Shown here piece after piece: positions 42,988-53,576 of a stretch of DNA of 56,566 nt. The stretch's first letter is position 1. The number at the start of each line of letters is the position of its first letter. This DNA comes from Verrucomicrobia bacterium UBA6015 (GTDB lineage: Bacteria > Verrucomicrobiota > Kiritimatiellia > UBA8416), in contig DIZZ01000207.1 in the NCBI GenBank assembly GCA_002428045.1, positions 1-56,566 of the forward strand, given 5' to 3'. A program made the position numbers and the translations under genes. A model generated the notes under the pieces. It saw only the letters and a list, made by a program, of their open reading frames with translations. It was not told the origin of the DNA and ran no database searches.

Positions 42988-43521
42988 ATGGCAACAATTA
43001 AAGAAAAATACAATAGCGTGGTTGTCCCGGCGTTGAAGACGAAATTCGGGCTGAGCAACCGGATGATGGTTCCCCGTGTGACCAAGGTGGTCATCAACAT
43101 GGGCATGGGCTGTGCGGACAAGGATCGCATTAAGACGGCAACCGAGCATCTGGCGGCGCTGAGCGGCCAGAAGGCGATGGTGGCCAAGGCTCGCAAGAGC
43201 ATTTCGAACTTCAAGTTGCGCGAGGGGATGACGATCGGCGCGAAGGTAACGTTGCGGCAGGCTCGCATGTACGATTTCCTGGATCGTCTGTTCAATGTGG
43301 CATTGCCCCGTATTCGTGACTTCCGTGGCGTTCCGGCGCGCGGTTTCGATGGGCGTGGCAGTTATACGCTGGGCCTGAAGGAGCAGACGATTTTCCCTGA
43401 GATAGATCCGAACCACAGTGGTGCGGTGCAGGGGATGAACATCACGATTGTTACGACGGCCAAGACCGACGGCGAGGCGCGCGAGCTGCTGTCGCTGCTG
43501 GGTATGCCGTTTGCGTCATAG
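42988..43521 (+). CDS. rplE: 50S ribosomal protein L5
   Basis: Assigned from conserved order and sequence. Confidence 0.96.
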   Translation: MATIKEKYNSVVVPALKTKFGLSNRMMVPRVTKVVINMGMGCADKDRIKTATEHLAALSGQKAMVAKARKSISNFKLREGMTIGAKVTLRQARMYDFLDRLFNVALPRIRDFRGVPARGFDGRGSYTLGLKEQTIFPEIDPNHSGAVQGMNITIVTTAKTDGEARELLSLLGMPFAS

Positions 43522-43540
43522 TTAGTAACGGAGGAATACG

Positions 43541-43726
43541 TTGGCAAAGACATCATTGATTGTGAAGGCAGGGCGCGAGCCCAAGTTCAAGACGCGCGGA
43601 TATACCCGCTGCGAGCGCTGCGGTCGTCCGCGGGCGTACATGCGTAAATTTCATCTTTGCCGAATCTGTTTTCGGGAACTTGCGTCATCAGGGCAGATTC
43701 CTGGCGTGATCAAGGCCAGTTGGTAA
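43541..43726 (+). CDS. rpsN: 30S ribosomal protein S14, short zinc-binding type Z (61 aa)
   Basis: It has CERCGRP...CRIC, with a TTG start. Confidence 0.93.
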   Translation: MAKTSLIVKAGREPKFKTRGYTRCERCGRPRAYMRKFHLCRICFRELASSGQIPGVIKASW

Positions 43727-43738
43727 CGAGGAGCGGAT

Positions 43739-44134
43739 ATGAGTGTTGGTGATCCATTGTCGGATATGTTGACGCGCATCAGGAATGCGGTGGCAACGGG
43801 ACGTGAGCAGGTATCGATGCCCGGGTCGAAGATGACTGCCGAGGTCGCCCGTGTGATGAAATCGGAAGGCTTCATCAGGGACTACCTGCTGACTGGCGAT
43901 TTGAAAAAGACGTTGACGCTGACGCTGCGTTATGATGATTCGCTGGAGCCGGCGATTCGCGGGCTGAAGCGGGTCAGTAAGTCAGGTCTGCGGCGGTATT
44001 GCAGTGTAGAAGGGCTTCCGCGCGTACTGGGGGGGTTGGGTATCGCCATCCTGAGTACGTCGGCTGGCGTGATGTCGGATAAAGAAGCAAAGGCAAAGCA
44101 TACGGGCGGAGAGATTCTCTGCACGATTTGGTGA
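43739..44134 (+). CDS. rpsH: 30S ribosomal protein S8
   Basis: It has the DPLSDMLTRIRNA motif. Confidence 0.97.
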   Translation: MSVGDPLSDMLTRIRNAVATGREQVSMPGSKMTAEVARVMKSEGFIRDYLLTGDLKKTLTLTLRYDDSLEPAIRGLKRVSKSGLRRYCSVEGLPRVLGGLGIAILSTSAGVMSDKEAKAKHTGGEILCTIW

Positions 44135-44151
44135 TTTCGGGGGACTAAGTC

Positions 44152-44682
44152 ATGTCAAGAATTGGAAAGAAGCCAGTGGCGATTCCGTCGGGGATATCCG
44201 TGGCGATTAGCGGTGCGCAGGTTGAGACGAGCGGGCCGAAGGGGAAGCTCGCAATCAAGCTGCCGGCAGGTATTTCAGTGCAGCAGTCTGGAAGCGAGCT
44301 GGTGATCGTCCGTGTCGATGATACCAAGAAGGCGTTTCATGGTCTTGTACGCAGCCTGCTGCAGAATATGATCATCGGTGTCCAGACTGGGTACACGAAG
44401 GAACTCGATATTCAGGGCGTCGGTTTTCGCGCGGCCATCAGTGGTCGGAAGTTGAGCTTGTCCTTAGGATTTGCGTCTCCGATCGAGTACAGCGTGCCGG
44501 AGACCGTGCAGGTTACGGTAACCAACAGCACCGCTGTGGTGGTGACGGGTGCCGACAAGCAGCAGGTTGGTGAGGTGGCGGCGCGCATCCGTGCATTCTA
44601 TCCGGCAGAACCTTACAAGGGAAAAGGTGTGCGGTACAAGAATGAGAAGGTTCGTCGTAAGGTTGGTAAGACCGTTTCCTAG
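44152..44682 (+). CDS. rplF: 50S ribosomal protein L6
   Basis: The N-terminus is MSRIGKKPVAIPSG. Confidence 0.97.
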   Translation: MSRIGKKPVAIPSGISVAISGAQVETSGPKGKLAIKLPAGISVQQSGSELVIVRVDDTKKAFHGLVRSLLQNMIIGVQTGYTKELDIQGVGFRAAISGRKLSLSLGFASPIEYSVPETVQVTVTNSTAVVVTGADKQQVGEVAARIRAFYPAEPYKGKGVRYKNEKVRRKVGKTVS

Positions 44683-44704
44683 TGATGGAAGGTAAGGATT
44701 GAGC

Positions 44705-45064
44705 ATGAATGTGAAGACACGTAAAGACTCACGGGCGATGCGGCATACGCGTGTCCGTGCAAAAATCAGTGGCAGTGCCGTTTGTCCGCGGCTGTCCATC
44801 ATGATATCGAACCGGCACATGTATGTGCAGTTGATAGATGATGCGGCGGCGGTGACGCTGGCTTCGGCGCAGAGTTTGACTGAGGGGAATCCGACCGTTG
44901 CGACCGCGCAGGGCGTGGGGCGTCAGTTGGGCGAGAAGGCCAAGGCCAAGGGATTGACCCGTTTCGTGGTTGATCGTGGCGGGTACCGCTTCCACGGCCG
45001 CGTGAAGGCGATTGTGGATGGCGTCCTGGAAATGGGGCTGACGAATCTGAAGGAGGCGAAGTGA
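44705..45064 (+). CDS. rplR: 50S ribosomal protein L18
   Basis: The ATG at 44705 is preferred. Assigned from conserved order and sequence. Confidence 0.93.
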   Translation: MNVKTRKDSRAMRHTRVRAKISGSAVCPRLSIMISNRHMYVQLIDDAAAVTLASAQSLTEGNPTVATAQGVGRQLGEKAKAKGLTRFVVDRGGYRFHGRVKAIVDGVLEMGLTNLKEAK

Positions 45065-45552
45065 GCAGAGCGGAGAGCAAGGACAATGCGCAGAGCAACT
45101 TGGAAGAGCGCGTAGTATTCGTCAATCGGTGTTCGAAGGTCGTAAAGGGTGGCCGTCGGTTCAGTTTCAGCGCGATTGTGGTCGTCGGCGACCGTGAGGG
45201 GCGGATCGGCTACGGTTTTGGCAAGGCCAACGAAGTGGCTGACGCCATTACCAAAGGTGGCGAGATTGCCCGCAAGTCAATGTTCGCGGTAACGATGCGC
45301 GAAAAGACAATACCACATGAAGTGATCGGCGAGTTTGACGGTGGTCGTGTGTTATTGCGTCCGGCGGCTCCCGGTACTGGGGTTATCGCCGGGGGTGGTG
45401 CCCGTGCAGTGCTTGAAGTGGCGGGGTATCGTGATATCCTGGCCAAATCGCTGGGTAGCAACAACAAGGTGAATGTGGTGAAGGCCACGGTGGCTGCACT
45501 GGATCAATTGCGGTCGAGGAATGAAATTTCGCGAGTACGCGGTTTGGCGTAA
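45061..45552 (+). CDS. rpsE: 30S ribosomal protein S5
   Basis: Its GTG start overlaps the rplR stop. It has the [10 protein letters not shown] motif. Confidence 0.95.
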   Translation: MSRAESKDNAQSNLEERVVFVNRCSKVVKGGRRFSFSAIVVVGDREGRIGYGFGKANEVADAITKGGEIARKSMFAVTMREKTIPHEVIGEFDGGRVLLRPAAPGTGVIAGGGARAVLEVAGYRDILAKSLGSNNKVNVVKATVAALDQLRSRNEISRVRGLA

Positions 45553-45585
45553 GCATGGATTGCCCGTTGGGCGGAGGAATTGAAA

Positions 45586-46026
45586 ATGGATTTGCATTCA
45601 CTGACGAATACACCGGGGGCGCGTCACCGTCGCAAGCGGCTTGGGCGCGGTATGGCATCCGGCAAGGGTAAGACAAGTGGTAAAGGTCACAAGGGTCAGA
45701 TGGCTCGTAAGGGCCATAAACATAAGCTGGCCTTTGAAGGTGGCCAGATGCCGCTGATCCGGCGTCTGCCGAAGCGTGGTTTCAAGAACCCGGCACGTGT
45801 CGAGTATATCGGCGTCAACCTCACGGGGTTGGATCGCTTTGAAGACGGTGCAACGGTCGATCCGGTGGCACTTCGCAAAGCGGGCTTGGCTAATGGGGCG
45901 AGCGATGGCATCAAGATTCTTGGTCGCGGTGAGATCACTAAGAAATTGACGGTCAAGGCGAATGCGTTCAGCGAAAGCGCCAAGTCCAAGATTGAGGCGG
46001 CGGGTGGTGTTTGCGAGGTGGTGTAG
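45586..46026 (+). CDS. rplO: 50S ribosomal protein L15
   Basis: The ATG lies 8 nt after a GGAGG SD. It follows rpsE directly, with no L30 gene between them. Confidence 0.93.
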   Translation: MDLHSLTNTPGARHRRKRLGRGMASGKGKTSGKGHKGQMARKGHKHKLAFEGGQMPLIRRLPKRGFKNPARVEYIGVNLTGLDRFEDGATVDPVALRKAGLANGASDGIKILGRGEITKKLTVKANAFSESAKSKIEAAGGVCEVV

Positions 46027-46030
46027 TCCC

Positions 46031-47380
46031 ATGTTCAAAGCGATAATCAACGCCTTCAAGATTCCTGAGCTGCGCCAGCGTATTCTATTTACGTTGGGGT
46101 TGATCTTCGTGACCCGCCTGATTGCCCTCGTTCCCTCGCCAGGGGTGAATGCGGTAGCGCTGCAACAGGTGATCGATAGTATTGCTGCGCAGGCAGGGGG
46201 AGGCATCATGGGGATGATCGACCTCTTCAGCGGTGGTGCGCTTGGGCGGTGCGCCGTTGGTGCGCTAGGTATCATGCCCTATATCAGTGCTTCAATCATT
46301 ATCCAGCTGATGACGGCCGTGATTCCACAGCTTGAACGGTTAGCCCGAGAAGGCGACACAGGACGAGCCAAGATCACGCAATACACGCGCTATCTGACGC
46401 TGATCATTTGTGTTGTGCAAGGGTTCCTGCTAGCACTGACGTTGGAACAGGGGTTTGGCGGGGTTCCAGGCGGCGACCAGATTGTCTCCAAGGAAATGAG
46501 CGGGATGGGATTCCGTCTGCTTACGGTACTGACCACCACCACGGGAACGATGCTGCTGATGTGGTTGGGCGAGCAGATTACAGAGCGCGGCATCGGCAAC
46601 GGTATATCCATCGTGATTACCGTGAACATTCTCAGTGGCCTCCCGACGGCGGTCAGTGCTGCGGTAGCGTTGTTCAGCCAGGTCGGTGGACAGGCTCTAT
46701 TCGGGCCGTTTGAAGCCATCGGGCTCGTGGCGATGATGTTCCTTGTCACGGCCGGTACGGTGGCGCTCACCGAGGCCCTTCGCAAGATTCCAATCCATAC
46801 CACCCGGCGTGTGGTTGGGAATAAGGTGTACGGCGGTCAGAATACATACATGCCGCTCCGGATCAACTATTCCGGTGTGATGCCGATCATCTTTGCCTCG
46901 GCGATCCTCGTCTTCCCTGCGGCGATCCTCATGAAGATTTCCTCGACGCGGCACATTGGTATGATGTTGCAGAATGGGTCTCCTTTGTATCTGACGGTGT
47001 ATTCGCTGATGGTGCTGTTTTTCTCGTATTTCTGGGTGGCGACACAATTCAACCCGCTCCAGATTGCCGACGACCTCAAGAAGAGTGGCGGTTATATTCC
47101 AGGGATTCGTCCGGGACGCCCGACGGCTGATTTCCTGGATATGACGATGACCCGGCTGACGCTCGTGGGTGCACTTTTCCTGACAGCGATTGCGGTGTTG
47201 CCGTCGGTGTTATCGCAATATTTTGACGTACCCCCCGTGGTGTCTGATTTCATGGGTGGCACGAGCTTGTTGATTATCGTGGGTGTGTCATTGGATACGG
47301 TACGCCAGATTGAATCTCATCTGGTTATGCGCAATTACGACGGGTTCCTGCGTCATGGCCGGATTCGTGGCCGGGCATAG
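46031..47380 (+). CDS. secY: Preprotein translocase subunit SecY
   Basis: Trimmed to MFKAIINAFKIPELRQRILFTL. Confidence 0.96.
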   Translation: MFKAIINAFKIPELRQRILFTLGLIFVTRLIALVPSPGVNAVALQQVIDSIAAQAGGGIMGMIDLFSGGALGRCAVGALGIMPYISASIIIQLMTAVIPQLERLAREGDTGRAKITQYTRYLTLIICVVQGFLLALTLEQGFGGVPGGDQIVSKEMSGMGFRLLTVLTTTTGTMLLMWLGEQITERGIGNGISIVITVNILSGLPTAVSAAVALFSQVGGQALFGPFEAIGLVAMMFLVTAGTVALTEALRKIPIHTTRRVVGNKVYGGQNTYMPLRINYSGVMPIIFASAILVFPAAILMKISSTRHIGMMLQNGSPLYLTVYSLMVLFFSYFWVATQFNPLQIADDLKKSGGYIPGIRPGRPTADFLDMTMTRLTLVGALFLTAIAVLPSVLSQYFDVPPVVSDFMGGTSLLIIVGVSLDTVRQIESHLVMRNYDGFLRHGRIRGRA

Positions 47381-47413
47381 GATGAGCAACGGTAGTGGGG
47401 ACTGGTTTCGGGA

Positions 47414-48157
47414 ATGATCGTAATCAAGACCCATGACGATTTAGAGCGGATGCGCGTTAGTAACCGGGTAGCGGCCAAGGTTCGGGATCAAGTGGCGGCG
47501 TGGCTGAGGCCGGGGTTGACAACCGGTGAGATCAGTGGCTATGCAGGGGATCTGATTCGGCAAGCAGGTGGGGAATGTGCGTTTCTTGGGTATCGAGGAT
47601 TTCCAGGCGAAATTTGCGTATCGGTCAACGATGAAGTGGTTCATGGAATCCCTGGGGATCGGCGTGTCGAGATCGGGGATCTGGTCAGCTTGGATATCGG
47701 GGTCTTGATCGACGGTTTTTTCGGCGATACGGCGACTACGGTAATGGTTGGTGTTACGAATCCGGAGTGGATCCGGTTGGTGAGGGTAACGGAGCAGGCG
47801 CTGAAGGCAGGGATCGCAGAGGCGATGTGTGGAAATCGGCTCTCGGATATCTCGTATGCGGTACAGCGGGTGGTACAGTTTGCTGGGTTTTCGGTGGTGA
47901 AGGACTATGTTGGGCACGGCATCGGTCGTGCGTTGCATGAGGATCCGCAGGTTCCCAATTTCGGGCGACCTGGCAAGGGGGTTGTCTTGCGCTCGGGGAT
48001 GACGTTGGCCATTGAGCCGATGGTGAACCTAGGCAAGGCGGCGGTGAAGGTGATGGATGATGGATGGACGGTGCGGACGCGTGATCATTTGCCGTCGGCT
48101 CATTTCGAGCATACGGTAGCGATTCACCCGGATGGACCGGAAATACTGACGATATAG
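47414..48157 (+). CDS. map: Type I methionine aminopeptidase
   Basis: It has metal-ligand motifs (VVHGIP, DIGV..DGFFGD, HGIG, EPM). Confidence 0.95.
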   Translation: MIVIKTHDDLERMRVSNRVAAKVRDQVAAWLRPGLTTGEISGYAGDLIRQAGGECAFLGYRGFPGEICVSVNDEVVHGIPGDRRVEIGDLVSLDIGVLIDGFFGDTATTVMVGVTNPEWIRLVRVTEQALKAGIAEAMCGNRLSDISYAVQRVVQFAGFSVVKDYVGHGIGRALHEDPQVPNFGRPGKGVVLRSGMTLAIEPMVNLGKAAVKVMDDGWTVRTRDHLPSAHFEHTVAIHPDGPEILTI

Positions 48158-48223
48158 TTTTTAGTGGACTTATCGTTGATTTGTGTGTAGGTTGTGAAGC
48201 TTTAAAAATTTTGAGGGTGTGCG

Positions 48224-48337
48224 ATGAAGGTCAGAGCATCAGTTAGACGGATGTGTGAGCAGTGCCGGGTTATCCGGCGCAAGGGCGTCGTGCGGGTGAT
48301 CTGCACAAATCCGCGGCATAAGCAGCGGCAGGGGTAG
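48224..48337 (+). CDS. rpmJ: 50S ribosomal protein L36 (37 aa)
   Basis: The hand translation is [37 protein letters not shown]. It is not in the ORF track. Confidence 0.92.
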   Translation: MKVRASVRRMCEQCRVIRRKGVVRVICTNPRHKQRQG

Positions 48338-48409
48338 TTTAGGATTGGAATCTGCCGTGTCACCGGCTGGAATGCCGTGGCGAAAGGCGAATGTTTAAGG
48401 AGATTCGGA

Positions 48410-48805
48410 ATGCCGAGAGTATTGGGTGTGGATATACCGGGGCGCAAACGCATAGAGTATGCACTGCGTTACATTTATGGGATTGGGCCGACAACGTCTG
48501 CTGAGATTCTGGCGAAAGCCAAAGTGGATCCGGCCAAGAAGGCGGATGACTTGACGTCGGATGAATTGCGTGTATTGATAGAGGTTATCCAAGGGGGGTA
48601 CCGGGTCGAAGGCGACCTTCGTCGTGAGGTGACCTCCAATATCCGCCGTTTGATCAGCGTGGGCAGCTATCGGGGGATCCGTCATCGTCGTGGGTTGCCA
48701 GTGCGTGGCCAGCGGACGAGTACGAATGCGAGGACACGCAAGGGGCCGCGTCGTACGGTGGGTGCGGTCAGGGGCAAAGAGGCTCGTGCGGCCGTCAAGA
48801 AATAA
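48410..48805 (+). CDS. rpsM: 30S ribosomal protein S13
   Basis: Trimmed to [10 protein letters not shown], with an AAGGAG SD upstream. Confidence 0.96.
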   Translation: MPRVLGVDIPGRKRIEYALRYIYGIGPTTSAEILAKAKVDPAKKADDLTSDELRVLIEVIQGGYRVEGDLRREVTSNIRRLISVGSYRGIRHRRGLPVRGQRTSTNARTRKGPRRTVGAVRGKEARAAVKK

Positions 48806-48848
48806 GCAGGTTTTGCAGTAGGATGCGGGTGTTTTAAGGAGAGATGGT

Positions 48849-49334
48849 ATGGCCGAAGATACGGATAAGAAAAAAGCGGCGGTTGCTGAGCCGACCGAGG
48901 TCAAGGCGGGGGTGACGGCTGCTGATATCCTTGGGGATGAACCGGTAGCAGCACCAGTCGTCCATAAGAAGGTTCGCGGAGCTCGTAGTATTCCGGTAGG
49001 CGTGGCGCACATCAACGCAAGCTTCAATAACACGCAGGTGGCGATCACCGACCCTAAGGGTGGCGTGATTGCGTGGAGCAGTGCAGGGCGGGCCGGATTC
49101 AAGGGATCTCGCAAGAGCACGGCGTTTGCGGCAACCATGGTTGCGCAGGAAGCTGGGCGGACGGCGGCATCCAAGGGGATGCATGAGGTCGAGGTGCGTT
49201 TGCAGGGTGCAGGCGCAGGGCGTGAGTCGGCGGTGCGAGGATTGCAGTCGGCGGGGTTGAGTGTGTCGCTTATCCAGGACGTGACACCGGTTGCCCACAA
49301 TGGCTGCCGCGCTCGCAAGCGCCGTCGTGTTTGA
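48849..49334 (+). CDS. rpsK: 30S ribosomal protein S11 (with an N-terminal extension of about 30 aa)
   Basis: It has the conserved core (GVAHINASFNNT...). Confidence 0.94.
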   Translation: MAEDTDKKKAAVAEPTEVKAGVTAADILGDEPVAAPVVHKKVRGARSIPVGVAHINASFNNTQVAITDPKGGVIAWSSAGRAGFKGSRKSTAFAATMVAQEAGRTAASKGMHEVEVRLQGAGAGRESAVRGLQSAGLSVSLIQDVTPVAHNGCRARKRRRV

Positions 49335-49416
49335 TGGGGTGTTGCCTGTATAGGCGCAACCACGCAAGGCATCAGGCGTTTCTAAGATCGTTTAACAAGT
49401 AAGAGGATATAACGAT

Positions 49417-50406
49417 ATGCCCATAAGAGTAAGCAGGTTTGAAAAACCCAAGCGGGTGGTCAAGGAAGAGAAAACAGCGACGGCTACGTATGCCCAGTTT
49501 GTTGCTGAACCGTTTGAGGTCGGGTACGCACGTACAATCGGCAATTCGTTGCGCCGTGTGATGCTTTCCTCGATTGAGGGAGCGGCAATCACGGCGGTCA
49601 GCATCGGTGGGGCTGCGCATGAGTTCTGTGCGATCGAGGGGGTTGTCGAGGATGTGACCGACATCATCTTGAATCTCAAGCAGGTTTTGGTGAAGACCGA
49701 GGTTCGTGAGCCGCGCGTGGTCCAGATCGGCATCAAGGGCCCGTGCGAGGTCAAGGCGGGGGATCTGGATTTGGGGGATTATGGACAGATCCTGAATCCG
49801 GATCTGCACATTGCAACGATTTCCGATGCGATCACCCTAAAGATGACGCTTGAATTCGAGATGGGGCGTGGGTATCGTCCGGCAGAGCTGGACAAGGCTC
49901 CGCAGCAGGTCATCGGGCGTATTCCGATCGATGCGGCTTTTTCGCCAGTGCGCCGTGTCAACTTCACCACCGGGAATACCCGCGTGGGGCAACGTACCGA
50001 CTACGACAAGCTTATCCTGGATGTATGGACGGATGGACGGGTCTCGCCAGACGAAGCGCTCAAGCTCTCGGCAGCGGTCTTGAATCATCACTTGGATGTG
50101 TTCTTCAACTACGACCGGCAGGTGATTGAGTTTGAGGAGAATGCAAGGGAAGAGAACTCGCAGCGCGAGGAATTGCGGCAGAAACTGGCGATGAGCGTCA
50201 ATGAGATTGAGCTCAGCGTGCGTGCCGCCAATTGCCTGAACAATGCGAATATCACAACCGTCGGCGAATTGGCGATGAAGACCGAGGCGGATATGCTTAA
50301 GTACCGAAACTTCGGCAAGAAGTCGCTGAACGAGATCAAGGCTAAACTCGAAGAGCTCGGATTGGGCCTTGGGGTTGCGATTGACACTGATTTACTGAAA
50401 CACTAA
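49417..50406 (+). CDS. rpoA: DNA-directed RNA polymerase subunit alpha
   Basis: It has the conserved NTD and CTD (LSVRAANCL). It follows rpsK directly, with no rpsD between them. Confidence 0.97.
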   Translation: MPIRVSRFEKPKRVVKEEKTATATYAQFVAEPFEVGYARTIGNSLRRVMLSSIEGAAITAVSIGGAAHEFCAIEGVVEDVTDIILNLKQVLVKTEVREPRVVQIGIKGPCEVKAGDLDLGDYGQILNPDLHIATISDAITLKMTLEFEMGRGYRPAELDKAPQQVIGRIPIDAAFSPVRRVNFTTGNTRVGQRTDYDKLILDVWTDGRVSPDEALKLSAAVLNHHLDVFFNYDRQVIEFEENAREENSQREELRQKLAMSVNEIELSVRAANCLNNANITTVGELAMKTEADMLKYRNFGKKSLNEIKAKLEELGLGLGVAIDTDLLKH

Positions 50407-50426
50407 TTGTAGGATGGGGGCGGGCT

Positions 50427-50804
50427 ATGCGGCATCGCGCGGTAAGAAAGAAGCTGGGACGGAGTTCATCACATCGCCAAGCGCTTGTGACGGGATTGGT
50501 ATGTAATTTAATCAAGGAACGGCGCATTACGACAACGGTACAGAAGGCAAAGATAGCGCGTTCGCTGGCGGAGAAGATGGTCACGATGGCGCGTCCGGGG
50601 ACATTGAGCGCCCGGCGCCACGCGATTTCCCTTCTTCATCAGGTGGATGTGGTCGAAACGTTGTTTGCAGAGATCGTCCCGATCTGTGAGGGGCGTGCGG
50701 GAGGATATACCCGTGTGCTCAAGCTGGGGCGGCGTGGCAGCGATGGGTCCGAAATGGCACTTCTCGAGTGGGTTGGACGCAAGACCGAGGTGGCGACGGC
50801 GTAA
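50427..50804 (+). CDS. rplQ: 50S ribosomal protein L17
   Basis: The N-terminus is MRHRAVRKKLGRSSSHR. Confidence 0.97.
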   Translation: MRHRAVRKKLGRSSSHRQALVTGLVCNLIKERRITTTVQKAKIARSLAEKMVTMARPGTLSARRHAISLLHQVDVVETLFAEIVPICEGRAGGYTRVLKLGRRGSDGSEMALLEWVGRKTEVATA

Positions 50805-50854
50805 ATCACACTGGCAGGACTGAATCTAGTCAAGTAAATGTTGATATCGAAGAG

Positions 50855-50892
50855 ACGGGCGATGCTTAATCCGAGCATGGCCCGTTTTTTTT
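50855..50892 (+). terminator. Rho-independent terminator of the alpha operon
   Basis: ACGGGCGATGCT-taatccg-AGCATGGCCCGT (6+5 bp with one mismatch) is followed by T8. Confidence 0.8.
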
Positions 50893-50894
50893 AT

Positions 50895-50903
50895 TGTTAT
50901 AAT
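50895..50903 (+). promoter_or_regulatory. Extended -10 element (TGtTATAAT) upstream of gspF
   Basis: Read directly from the sequence. It lies 42 nt upstream of the gspF ATG, and no clear -35 was found. Confidence 0.35.
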
Positions 50904-50944
50904 CTTGGAATGGCGTAGAATACCATAAAACTGGGGAGGGATTT

Positions 50945-52228
50945 ATGGCTAGGTTTCGCTACATCGCGATGGATGGCAAAGGGGCTGAAGTAGAAGGCGT
51001 CATCGAGGCCGGCAGCCAGAACCAGGCCGTTAGTGCGATTCGTACCCAGGGACTGTTCCCTACGCGTGTGGCCGAGGTTGGCGGGGCGGCCAAGTCAGGT
51101 AAGCCTGCGGCGGGGGGGGCTCGGAAGGCGACTCCTGCACCGAAGTCCAATAAAGGCTTGGCGTTGCCTGCGTTTCTCAAGCCCCGTGTCAAGCAGAAGC
51201 AGTTGATGGTGTTCACCCGCCAGTTGGCGACGCTGATCGAGGCTGGGTTGCCGCTGCTGCGCGGTTTGCGGATCCTGCTCAAGCAAGAAAAAACACCGGG
51301 CTTGCGCGAGGCCTTGGTCGGCATGGGCGAGGCGGTCGAGAGCGGGGGGACGTTTTCCGAAGCGCTGGCGGCCTATCCGCGAACGTTTGACAAGCTATAT
51401 ATCAACATGGTCAAGGCGGGCGAAGCGGGCGGGTTGCTCGACACCGTGCTGGTGCGTCTGGCAGAGTTCATGGAGAAATCCGAGCGCATCAAGGGTAAGG
51501 TCAAGAGTGCCATGACCTACCCTATTGTTGTGCTTGTTGCAGCCATGGGTATCTTGGGCTTCTTGATGGTTTTCATCATCCCCAAATTCGCTGAGATCTT
51601 CCAAGGGTTGAGCGGCGGCAAGGGGTTACCGCCGTTGACCCAGTTTGTGATCAATATCAGTGATACCGTTGCCCAGCGCTGGTGGCTGATCCTCGGTCTA
51701 GGCTTTGGTGCTGTGGCGCTTTTCAAGGCGTTGAAGAAAACTCCGCGCGGTGCCTTGTTGTTGGATCGGGTCTCGCTGAAGGCTCCGATGTTCGGTTCGT
51801 TGTTCCGTAAGACGGCGGTGGCCCGGTTTGCCCGTACGCTGGGCACGTTGATGTCATCCGGTGTGCCCATTCTGCAGGCGCTGATGATCGTGCGCGATAC
51901 CGCTGGCAACCAGGTCATTTCCAATGCGATCCAGAGCATCCATGACAGCGTCAAGGAAGGGGAATCGGTGGCGATGCCGATGGAGGCTTCGGGGGTGTTC
52001 CCGGGCATGGTGGTCAGTATGGTGGACGTGGGCGAGGAGACTGGTGCGCTGCCGGAAATGCTGGTCCGGGTGGCGAACGGTTACGATGAGGAAGTCGACA
52101 TGGCGGTAGAGGGGCTGACCTCGATCATCGAGCCCATCATGATCGTCGTCCTGGCGCTGATCATCGGTACGATCGTCATCGCCATGTTTGTTCCGCTGAT
52201 CTCGATCATCAGCGAAATGTCGGGATAG
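50945..52228 (+). CDS. gspF: Type II secretion / type IV pilus platform protein (GspF/PilC family)
   Basis: It has two GspF repeats, three TM segments, and the typical N-terminus (FRYIAMDGKG...). Confidence 0.92.
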   Translation: MARFRYIAMDGKGAEVEGVIEAGSQNQAVSAIRTQGLFPTRVAEVGGAAKSGKPAAGGARKATPAPKSNKGLALPAFLKPRVKQKQLMVFTRQLATLIEAGLPLLRGLRILLKQEKTPGLREALVGMGEAVESGGTFSEALAAYPRTFDKLYINMVKAGEAGGLLDTVLVRLAEFMEKSERIKGKVKSAMTYPIVVLVAAMGILGFLMVFIIPKFAEIFQGLSGGKGLPPLTQFVINISDTVAQRWWLILGLGFGAVALFKALKKTPRGALLLDRVSLKAPMFGSLFRKTAVARFARTLGTLMSSGVPILQALMIVRDTAGNQVISNAIQSIHDSVKEGESVAMPMEASGVFPGMVVSMVDVGEETGALPEMLVRVANGYDEEVDMAVEGLTSIIEPIMIVVLALIIGTIVIAMFVPLISIISEMSG

Positions 52229-52244
52229 GGACGAGGGGCGAGGG

Positions 52245-52265
52245 ATTAGGCATTAGGCACTAAGG
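52245..52265. repeat. Heptamer tandem ATTAGGC x2 plus one degenerate unit
   Basis: Read directly from the sequence. It lies in the gspF-pseudopilin spacer. Confidence 0.6.
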
Positions 52266-52334
52266 AGGGACGGGTTCCACCCCGTCTGCAGTATTGTAGG
52301 CGGTGCGTTTCCGCAGGTTCGGTTCGAGTAAGCG

Positions 52335-53003
52335 ATGAGAGGACAAGGCATGAAAACAAGAAACGGTAGAAAAGGAGGCTTCACTCTAATTGAAGTCATG
52401 GTGGTCATCCTTGTGATCCTGGTGCTTTCGGGCATGCTGTTGAAATTGAGCGCGATCATCAGGGATCGTTCCGAGACGGCGAAAGCCACGGCAAATCTTC
52501 AGAACATCCAGCACGCGCTCAACGAGTATTATGCCGAATACGGAATTTATCCGCCGGTGCAGAGTACGGCCTATGTGTACGAGGATGCCAGCAGGCAACC
52601 ACCGTCAATGCGGAACCCGAATGCACCTATCACGGCGGATCAGATCGGTTACGCCTACGGGTTGTATGCGCATCTTTATCCACGTGCCCAGGGCGGTTCG
52701 TTTATAGACGGTCAGGGCAATTCGGTGCCGACGCAGCGGCTTCCCTATAATGAAGACACCGAGCGCGATAAACGAGCCAAGGATCGTTGGGCTCACTATC
52801 TGGCGGATGTAGGCACACAGGGAGGTTCTCAGGGAGCTGAGTTACCCGGTATGCATCAGACTTACACGAATGCCTCTATCACCATTTCGGATCCGTGGGG
52901 CTCCGAGTTCAAATATCAATCGCCTTCTCCACATCAGGAGTACACACTGTGGTCGTGCGGCCCGGATGGAACATCCGGAACGGCGGACGATATCACGAAC
53001 TGA
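52335..53003 (+). CDS. gspG: Prepilin-type pseudopilin, GspG-like
   Basis: It has the G|FTLIEVMVV cleavage/methylation motif and a C-terminal DPWG...CGPDG..GTADDI signature. An alternative start lies at 52350. Confidence 0.75.
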   Translation: MRGQGMKTRNGRKGGFTLIEVMVVILVILVLSGMLLKLSAIIRDRSETAKATANLQNIQHALNEYYAEYGIYPPVQSTAYVYEDASRQPPSMRNPNAPITADQIGYAYGLYAHLYPRAQGGSFIDGQGNSVPTQRLPYNEDTERDKRAKDRWAHYLADVGTQGGSQGAELPGMHQTYTNASITISDPWGSEFKYQSPSPHQEYTLWSCGPDGTSGTADDITN

Positions 53004-53021
53004 GGCATCAAGGGAGGTTTA

Positions 53022-53558
53022 ATGACGGCGAGAGGATATGGGAACGTCCGGTCACGGAGCAGAGGATTTACCCTGATCGAGATGATGGTGGTGATTGCCA
53101 TCATCGGGTTGCTGGCGGGGCTGATCATGGCTGGTTTGAATGTGGCCAGACGGCAGTCAGCCAATGTGAAGGCCCGGGACGGGGTGGAGCAGCTCGAAAC
53201 CGCTTGGAACGCGTACTACGTTGATTACGGCAGCTTTCCTACGATAGCGGCTGACTCCGTGTCGCCTGGTGGTGGTACCCATTATGAAACGGGCAGGGCT
53301 GTCATCCAGATTCTGCGTGGGCGAGAGAACCATAACGGACAAAATGCTAAGAAAATATCATACATGGATTTCAATCTGAATGCGACGGAATTCCGAGATC
53401 CCTGGGGAAATCGCTACCGCATTGCACTGGACACCGATTATGACGGAAAAGTCACTGCGATGAGCGAGAACCTGAGATTGAGCGTGGCCGTTTGGTCAGC
53501 CGGAGCCGATGGCACGGATGACACGGATGACGATGTGACAAGCTGGCGGAAACAGTAG
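53022..53558 (+). CDS. Prepilin-type pseudopilin, second GspG-like paralog
   Basis: It has G|FTLIEMMVV and DPWGNRY...SAGADGTDDTDDD. Confidence 0.8.
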   Translation: MTARGYGNVRSRSRGFTLIEMMVVIAIIGLLAGLIMAGLNVARRQSANVKARDGVEQLETAWNAYYVDYGSFPTIAADSVSPGGGTHYETGRAVIQILRGRENHNGQNAKKISYMDFNLNATEFRDPWGNRYRIALDTDYDGKVTAMSENLRLSVAVWSAGADGTDDTDDDVTSWRKQ

Positions 53559-53576
53559 GAAAGCGGGAACATCGAA